DNA from: Oikopleura dioica
Lineage: Eukaryota; Animalia; Chordata
DNA: 64,000 nt
Direction of reading: 5' to 3'
Assembly (NCBI GenBank): GCA_907165135.1
Contig: OU015569.1
Span: 9,362,001 to 9,426,000, forward strand
Positions 59,701-64,000 of this stretch are shown here, piece after piece. The notes beneath the pieces were generated by a model, which did no database searches, was not told the origin of the DNA, and saw only the letters and a list, made by a program, of their open reading frames with translations. Position 1 is the stretch's first letter; every line of letters starts with the position of its first letter. The translations under genes were made by a program, and so were the position numbers.

Positions 59701-62700
59701 AACTTGAAAATTTTCGAATATTTTTCCGATCGGAAAATTGTCCGATCGGACATGAACTTTAATCGGAATCCGAAAAATCCGATCGGAATCGGTAATCGGA
59801 TCGGTAATCGGTCGGATTGGACGAGGTCCGAATCGGATCGGATCGGAATCGGATCGCCAAGACCAACATTTTTTGTCCGATTGGGCAACCCTGCGTGCGA
59901 CGGTGCTTGTCTTTCTTTCAATCGGCCGACACGTTCTTGATATTTTTCCTGTATGCGTTTGTATTTTTCCAGCTCGTACAAAGTCTTGTTGAGCGATTGA
60001 AATTGCTTTTCGAGTTTTACGTGATATTGAGCTTGGCACATCACTGCATGTCGTCTTTGAACGAAGATCACAATCTTAGTTAAAAGATGGAGATGTTTAA
60101 ACCGGTTCCTTTTCACATTCAATTTAATTTTACTAGCATGACGCGATGAGAATTTCTAACAATTTTAAGTTCCCAACGGTCGGTAATAAAATAACTAACC
60201 TTGGACTTACATTCAAATACAAGTAACTTACACAATGAATGAATTAAAATCTTTTCCTGAGAAGTGCTTCTTCAAAGTTAGGTTCCCTCTTCAGAGCAGC
60301 ACTGTAATGGATGATTGCTCGCCTGTAATCTTCGACAACAGAATACATATTTCCCAGTGCAAAGTGATTTATAGCATGTGGGTAACTATCTGCAGCAGCT
60401 CTCATCAAGACAGTTGCGTTCCTAGTATATCCCTGCTTGTGCAAGACATTCGCTATATTCACGAGTGCCATGTCTCTAAGAAGATAGATAAAAACTTATA
60501 TTGTATCAATAGTCACCCTACCGATACTCTACTGGAGCAAGAAGGTAAGCGCGTCGATCGCATTCTAGTGCTTCCTTGGGAAATCCGCGGATTCTCCAAA
60601 AAATCGAAGCCAAATTAAAGAGCACCCAGTCTGATGGATCCCTGCAAAAAATATTAGTCATCAAAATTAATTCAAATGTCCTAGATATCATGTCCACGGA
60701 CACGTACTGAATAGACAGCAAAATGCAGATGGTACGCTCTTGTGGCGGTCATCCAATTATCTATTCAATACCAAAAGAAAAAAACTGATTGTTGGGGTTT
60801 TTGTTAACCTCGAATTCACCTTGATAGTCCGATCGTAATACAGTGGCCCATTTGATCGAGGTCCTCGCCGTTCTTGTAGCGTGACTTCTCTTCCGCAGTG
60901 GTGAAATGAAAGTCCTCCTCGGCGTTTCCCAGAAAATACATCGTTGAAGTGAGGGCATGTTCGCGCAATTCTTCGAACTCCTTCTCAGTTTGCATTCCCT
61001 CCAAATGATCGAACGGGTTCATCCGCCACTTTGCTTCAATAACGGTACAGTAAGGCATAAGGTTCCGTTCCTGCGCCTCTTTTGCAAATCGCTGGTGTTC
61101 AGCCTCTGTCCGGCACTCCAGGCATTTAGTACATTTAAGAAAGTACGGCTTAGTGTTTATGTTGCGCGAGGTAGGATGTATTACGGTGGTCTGGAACAAG
61201 TCGAATTCCTGAAGTTTTTTCCCGGCTGCAGTGCAATTCGCACACGTCCTGTAGTGATCGTATTCGAGGTCACCTTGCTTTTCCGCAGCTTCTACCTCTT
61301 CGAGCACTTCTTTGACACGACTCAGCTCCTCGCCCAGTTTGTTGATTTCTTCGCGTTCCTTTTCTTGCTGCTTGAAGACGCCGACATCGCCGGACAAACG
61401 CCGATTGAGCGCAAATACAGAGTCGTTTAATTCCTAGTCAATTCGCTAATTTACATAACGTACCCCCCCCCCTAGCTCGCTCACATTTTGTGAACATTTT
61501 TCCCTTTTTCGCTTAGTTAAACTCCAACAAGACCCCCCTTGGTCGCTCGCTTTTTGTTACCAAGATCCGTTGGTCGCTTTCCTTCTTTTGCATTCTACGA
61601 CCCCTTGTTCGCCCTCCTTGGTTTCGACGGCGCACCTTTGCTCGCCCGCCTTTCTCCGTCATTTATCCCTTGTTCGCTCCTGAAGCCCCGCGAGAACGCT
61701 TTATAACGCGTTGCTCACTTTCTTTTTCACTTTTAAAAGGCTTTTTAACTCGTAGAATGGTCTCAAAATTCGATTTTCATGATTTTTTCCAAGCAAACTT
61801 ATTTTTTTATGCTCTTTCACGTCCATTTTGTCAAATTTTCATATCTTCTTAATAAGAAGAAATTTGGACACTCCATTTTAAGTAAACATAAGTACTCGAA
61901 ATACATGGATTGAAACTTTGAGACTGTTTTTTTTTTAAAAATCAAATGCCATTTTCCTCGAGAGTTGCAAATTTTGATTAATTTTTCCGAGCTGAGCTGA
62001 GCTGAGCTGACCTGCGAAAAAATTTCTCTGAGCTGAGCTGAGCTGAGCTGGCCTACTTCGGAGGTTTCTGAGCTGAGCTGAGCAGACCTTTTGTTTAAGA
62101 GAGTTGAGCTGAGCTGAGCTGAGCGGACCCTAATTAGAGCTGAGCTGAGCTGTTTTTTACTGTTTTTCGGTAGTAAAATTGTATTCAAATCATTGAGCTG
62201 AGCTTAGCTAAGTGATAATCGTCTGAGCTGAGCTGAGCTGAGCTGAGTGAAAATTGTCTGAGCTGAGCTGAGCAGATCAGATCATTTTCCAAAATCACTG
62301 AGCTGAGCGACTGCTCAGCTCACTCAGCTCAGCAAATTTGCAACTCTGGAACCAGTGTCAACATGAAGATTCGACTATTTTGAGAATAAATGTACATATA
62401 AAGTCAAACTATCAAGTTTACGGCATAATACCGCGTTGCTACAAGATACAAAAATTTAACTGGACGCTTAAAAAAGAGGAAATGAAGTTTAGTTACTGTC
62501 AAAATATTCATGAAAATGAAAATTTAGTTCCCTATGAAAAGCTTGAGTCGAAAGTTCAGTAAGAGCTGTAAGAGCGACCCAAGCCGAGCTAGGCTTTGGC
62601 GGTCTCGCGGCGAACAAGGGATAAATGGGTGAGGAGGAGCGAACAAGGGCGCGCGAGGTAAAAAGAAGGATGGCGACTAATGGAGCGCGCTGAAACAAGA

Positions 62701-62935
62701 ATGAGAGCGAGCAAGGGGACTTTGATCAAATTTAACTAAGCGAGCAAGGGAAAAATGCTCACAAAATGTGAGCGAGCTAGGGGGGGGGGGTACGTTAGAC
62801 AAAGCGATTAACAACAAGAAAAGGGCTTACTTTGTAGATACCGTCGTTAGGATCGAGATACCAGTGAGAGTGCGCCGACGAGAAAGTGACTGTAGCCCAG
62901 TGCCAGAAAAGGACCGCCAAAATGCCTTGTGTCAT
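56796..62935 (-). CDS. TTC17: Tetratricopeptide repeat protein 17-like (signal peptide, two TPR clusters, C-terminal KDEL)
   Basis: Exon 1 is MTQGILAVLF..SHWYLDPNDGIYK. Later exons give WVLFNLASIFWRIRG..ALEC.RRA, DMALVNIANVLH, LGNMY, RHAVMCQ..KLEKQFQSLNKTLYELEKY and a second cluster WLLYNTAALYWRVMG..AIECLRRA. The final exon ends AAKDEL*. Confidence 0.85.
59079..59893. mobile_element. 815-bp non-autonomous hAT-like DNA element (MITE) with 18-bp TIR and perfect 8-bp TSD
   Basis: TIRs are CAGGGTTGCCCAACCGGA (59079) and TCCGATTGGGCAACCCTG (ends 59893), with 1 mismatch. The TSD CGTGCGAC occurs at 59071-59078 and 59894-59901. Dense subterminal ATCGG/CCGAT repeats lie at both ends, and there is no transposase ORF. 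Confidence 0.92.
61960..62348. mobile_element. Nested 389-bp element with 14-bp TIR, filled with (GAGCT)n
   Basis: AGAGTTGCAAATTT (61961-61974) is the reverse complement of AAATTTGCAACTCT (62334-62347). The right end is ..CTCTG (a CAG terminus). No matching TSD was found. Confidence 0.7.
61988..62332. repeat. Interrupted (GAGCT)n pentamer arrays
   Basis: There are many runs of 2-4 GAGCT units, switching to the inverted AGCTC orientation near 62313-62332. Confidence 0.9.
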
Positions 62936-64000
62936 CGTTGATTTTCTTCTCTTTTTTACGCGCTCCTAGTGTAACGGCAGTCTTCTCGCATCTCTCTTGA
63001 GGGGATGTTTTTAGGGATTCTAGATTCTTTTCTAGCCAGGTAGTAAAAGTAGTGTCCGGGAGAGAGCCGCCGACTGGCCACCCGAGCTGCCCGCCCATTT
63101 TCGAAGGAACCAATCAAATAGACATTTTTCCAAGGCTTGCTCTTCTCTTAAAATATCGCCGTCAGTGCTCCTTTTATGGCAACTCTTCAACAATCTTGTA
63201 GTATTTTGGAGTGTATTGCTTGTAAATTTTTGATACATATTGCTGGATTATCGATTTTGAATTGAAATATTTTTTATTTGTTTTAGGGATGATCCCGAAC
63301 TTCTGATATTCGAAGTTATGCCCTTCAAAAGACATAATTATACATAATTGAGAAATGGATGCAAATATAAAAAGGGGCGTCCCCAATTTAATCATTAAAT
63401 TTTATATAGAAGCTTCAAAATGCATTTAGTTGTATTTAGCATGTTTTGACCAGAAGACCTGTGATAAGAGGCTTTAATTTCCTTAATTTCTTATTAAAAC
63501 ATGAAAATTTAAGGCTTTTAAAACTTTAAATTTAACAACTTGTTTGTCCATGTTTCACAAATTATGTTTTAGCCGGCAAAAGGCATTATTTCTGCGGTCC
63601 ATGTTACCTTGATAATTTTAATTGAGAAGAGTTGCTAATAACATGCATTGCGATAAAAGGAAAAGAAGTTGATCGAATGTATTTTATTCGGTTTTATAAA
63701 TACAAAGAAGGATATAAACAGTCATAAACTGAACGTTTATCGGTTCAAAATCGCCCTTAGAGGATTTCTAGAGGCGTGTTTTAAAGATTTTTGTCCGCTT
63801 CGAACCGCTGCGAATATTCCGTAGTTGACCAACGTTGAAATAGAAAATGATAAAATTAAACTGCGGAATATTGTCAGCCAACTTTTAGACGACGAAAGGC
63901 GCCCAAAAGTTAAGTTATTGTAGCCAAGCGGAGCTCGAAATCTTAGGTCCGTTTGTTGCATGAGAAAAATATATAACGAGAAAAGAGCTCCAGAGAGAGA

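Larger units (their letters stand above)
61458..62795. mobile_element. 1.34-kb non-autonomous foldback-like DNA element with long TIRs and TA flanks, in TTC17 intron 1
   Basis: Near-perfect inverted termini of about 65 bp (ACGTAC-C10/11-TAGCTCGCTCACATTTTGTGA..) continue as modular CCCTTG[TC]TCGC repeats for about 200 bp. TA lies on both flanks (61456-57 and 62796-97). Removing the element leaves a normal intron of about 57 nt. Confidence 0.85.

Noticed and set aside
61988-62332. Resemblance of (GAGCT)n to the immunoglobulin S-mu switch repeat, or to a CRISPR-like array
   Set aside because: There are no GGGGT units, no Ig locus and no unique spacers. It is explained as internal repeats of a TIR element.

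Overview
This is a compact, gene-dense eukaryotic window with many very short introns (about 40-100 nt). It also shows frequent GA-AG/GC-AG splice sites, AG acceptors placed right before start codons, and sub-100-nt gaps between co-oriented genes. Together these point to an appendicularian tunicate, most likely Oikopleura dioica (inference). About 21 protein-coding genes can be rebuilt by hand-splicing: CARM1, PICALM/AP180, Suv4-20, PKN, a coiled-coil RING protein, histone H1, a delta-catenin-like protein, an Arkadia/RNF165-like RING-H2 protein, SPATA5/AFG2, NLE1, a Lifeguard/TMBIM protein, a single-RRM hnRNP L-like protein, SIK, DNAJC3, nucleobindin, two orphans, ERp29, a class-A GPCR with very long loops, a catalytically dead sPLA2-like protein and TTC17. 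The strongest hunting result is a set of three short non-autonomous DNA elements with CAG[AG]GTT termini (hAT-like). One has become an exactly frame-restoring GC-AG intron in CARM1, using both copies of its 8-bp target-site duplication as splice sites (introner-like). A second, young copy with a perfect 8-bp TSD sits on an exon/intron junction of TTC17. A third is nested in a TA-flanked foldback-like element in TTC17 intron 1. Other notable items are a tandemly duplicated exon in nucleobindin, at least eight GA-AG introns, and a putative NLE1-SPATA5-RNF operon. Exon boundaries were derived by eye with no RNA data, and protein family calls rely on remembered motifs, not database searches.
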